Shown here piece by piece: positions 62,730 through 64,000 of a DNA stretch of 64,000 bases; positions within the stretch are counted from its first letter, which is position 1; each line of letters opens with the position of its first letter. A program made the translations under genes and the position numbers. The DNA is taken from contig JAHJKA010000051.1 of assembly GCA_018822545.1 (NCBI GenBank), positions 12,570 through 76,569 on the forward strand. Reading direction: 5' to 3'. The notes under the pieces were generated by a model that saw only the letters and a list, made by a program, of their open reading frames with translations, made no database searches and was not told where the DNA came from. The stretch comes from Pseudomonadota bacterium (GTDB lineage: Bacteria; Desulfobacterota; Desulfobulbia; Desulfobulbales; SURF-16).

Positions 62730-64000
62730 TCACCCGCCATCGGCTAACCGAGCCGGATCAAGCAGCGCTTCGAGCTCAGCCTGTGACAAATCCGTCTCCT
62801 CCAGAGCCACCTCCAGAATAGATCGATCCTCGGCCATGGCCTTTTTAGCAATCTCCGCAGCAGCCAGATAACCGATCTTGGCGTTTAAGGCCGTCACCAG
62901 GATAGGGTTGCGGCTGACGAATCGGCCACACATTTCCTCATTGACGGTGAAGCCAGCCACTGCCTTATCTGCCAAATCCCGAGCACTGCCACTGAGCAGA
63001 TCAATAGCCTGGAGGATATTATGGGCCGCCACCGGCAGCATGGTATTGAGCTGAAAACTGCCGCCCTGACCCGCCAGAGAAACAACGTGATCGTTGCCCA
63101 TAATCTGGGCACAGGCCATGAGCACTGCCTCTGGAATCACCGGATTAACCTTGGCCGGCATGATACTTGATCCCGGCTGCAGAGCGGGCAGGGCAATCTC
63201 GGCAAGACCTGCCCCCGGGCCAGAATTCATCCAGCGCAGATCGTTACAGATCTTTATCAACACCACGGCCGCTGTCCGCAGCTGGCCGGACGTCTCCACC
63301 ACCGTGTCAAGGCTGCTCAAGCCCTTATAAAAATTGGAGGCGACGGTGCACTCCAGGGCGGTCATGCCATTAATGCGTTTTATGGCCCGGGCCGAAAAAT
63401 CAGGATGGCAATTAACGCCACTGCCCACGGCCGTACCGCCTAAGGGTAAACGCTGGAGACGAGGCATCACCGAACTGAAACGTTCCAGGCACTCATCAAG
63501 GGCAGCGGCCCACGCCTCAAGCTCTGCTCCCAAACGAATGGGCAGGGCATCCATCAGATGCGTGCGACCAGTCTTAATTACATGACCATACTCCAAAGCT
63601 CTCCGGCGAATGGTCTTGGCCAGATGACTCAAGGCAGGAATGACCAGCCCTTTTACTCCCATGGCAACAGCAAGATGGAGAGCCGTAGGAATGACATCGT
63701 TGCTGCTCTGCCCCAGATTAACATGATCGTTGGCAGACAACACCACGCCCTGGCGGGTAGCCAGACCGACAATGACCTCGTTGATATTCATGTTGGAGCT
63801 TGTGCCGGAGCCGGTCTGAAAAACCGAAACAGGAAAAGACTCAGCATGGTTGCCATCAATGATTTCCTGGGCAGCTGCAGCAATGGCCTCACCTTGAACA
63901 CTGTTCAGCAGACCGAGATCCATATTAGTCTCGGCCGCTGCCTTCTTGATTATCGCTAAGGCCTTTATCAAGGCAGCAGGCATAACAACATTACCAATGG
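62730..64000 (-). CDS. aspA: Aspartate ammonia-lyase / class II fumarase superfamily enzyme (AspA-type signature), 5' end beyond the window
   Basis: GSSIMPAKVNPVIPEAV (AspA-like, versus GKVNPTQ in FumC). The reading frame stays open to the window edge (..IGNVVMPAAL..). Confidence 0.75.
   Translation of the reverse strand, partial: IGNVVMPAALIKALAIIKKAAAETNMDLGLLNSVQGEAIAAAAQEIIDGNHAESFPVSVFQTGSGTSSNMNINEVIVGLATRQGVVLSANDHVNLGQSSNDVIPTALHLAVAMGVKGLVIPALSHLAKTIRRRALEYGHVIKTGRTHLMDALPIRLGAELEAWAAALDECLERFSSVMPRLQRLPLGGTAVGSGVNCHPDFSARAIKRINGMTALECTVASNFYKGLSSLDTVVETSGQLRTAAVVLIKICNDLRWMNSGPGAGLAEIALPALQPGSSIMPAKVNPVIPEAVLMACAQIMGNDHVVSLAGQGGSFQLNTMLPVAAHNILQAIDLLSGSARDLADKAVAGFTVNEEMCGRFVSRNPILVTALNAKIGYLAAAEIAKKAMAEDRSILEVALEETDLSQAELEALLDPARLADGG

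Overview
The window is a chromosomal segment from an anaerobic, metal-respiring type of bacterium. OmcS-family cytochromes, hgcAB and heavy sigma54 use look Desulfobacterota-like, but the taxon cannot be proven from this sequence. I saw no rRNA, tRNA, CRISPR array, transposase or integrase.

Layout:
1. 0-4.9 kb: a membrane GT2 glycosyltransferase, a PhnA-like zinc-ribbon protein, a NifU-like/GGGtGRT pair and a frameshifted MarR regulator.
2. 4.9-24.9 kb, minus strand: a roughly 20-kb gene train that opens at a near-consensus sigma54 -24/-12 promoter. The gene order is OmcS-family hexaheme, 16-heme, large OM beta-barrel with a discoidin-like insert, three LpoB/CsgG-like lipoprotein-domain proteins, parvulin PPIase, 26-heme lipoprotein, 16-heme, NHL propeller, second OmcS-family hexaheme, octaheme, YVTN propeller, pentaheme, HAMP protein.
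3. 25.2-26.6 kb: a REC-type sigma54 activator that sits between two sigma54 promoters.
4. 27.0-35.0 kb, plus strand: a second, smaller module behind another sigma54 promoter. It holds a Cys-less thioredoxin-fold/TPR protein, a decaheme, an NHL propeller and a PBP-like protein. It ends in a diguanylate cyclase and a histidine kinase that share one paralogous sensor module.
5. 35.9-57.1 kb: a dense signalling and c-di-GMP island. It has a PilZ-PAS-PAS-sigma54 activator, a PilZ protein, a ModA-like SBP with a hybrid kinase and REC-GGDEF, four further kinases (one with a c-heme DUF3365-type sensor), two REC-HD-GYP proteins, a REC protein and an HDOD protein.
6. 57.2-58.1 kb: a third sigma54 promoter with upstream dyads, driving two small paralogous membrane proteins.
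7. 58.1-59.8 kb: hgcB-hgcA (mercury methylation) preceded by a small CxC..CxC protein.
8. 60.0-64.0 kb: an old-yellow-enzyme reductase, enolase and a partial AspA-type lyase.

I counted 89 canonical CxxCH motifs and 4 non-canonical ones (CX3CH, CX4CH, 2x CX5CH) across eight cytochrome genes, plus one CxxCH in a sensor kinase.

The most interesting system is the sigma54-controlled, OmcS-bracketed cytochrome, propeller, lipoprotein and beta-barrel cluster. I read it as a candidate cytochrome-filament export/assembly and extracellular electron transfer machine, wired to a large c-di-GMP network. All domain calls come from motif recognition by eye. No database search was run.
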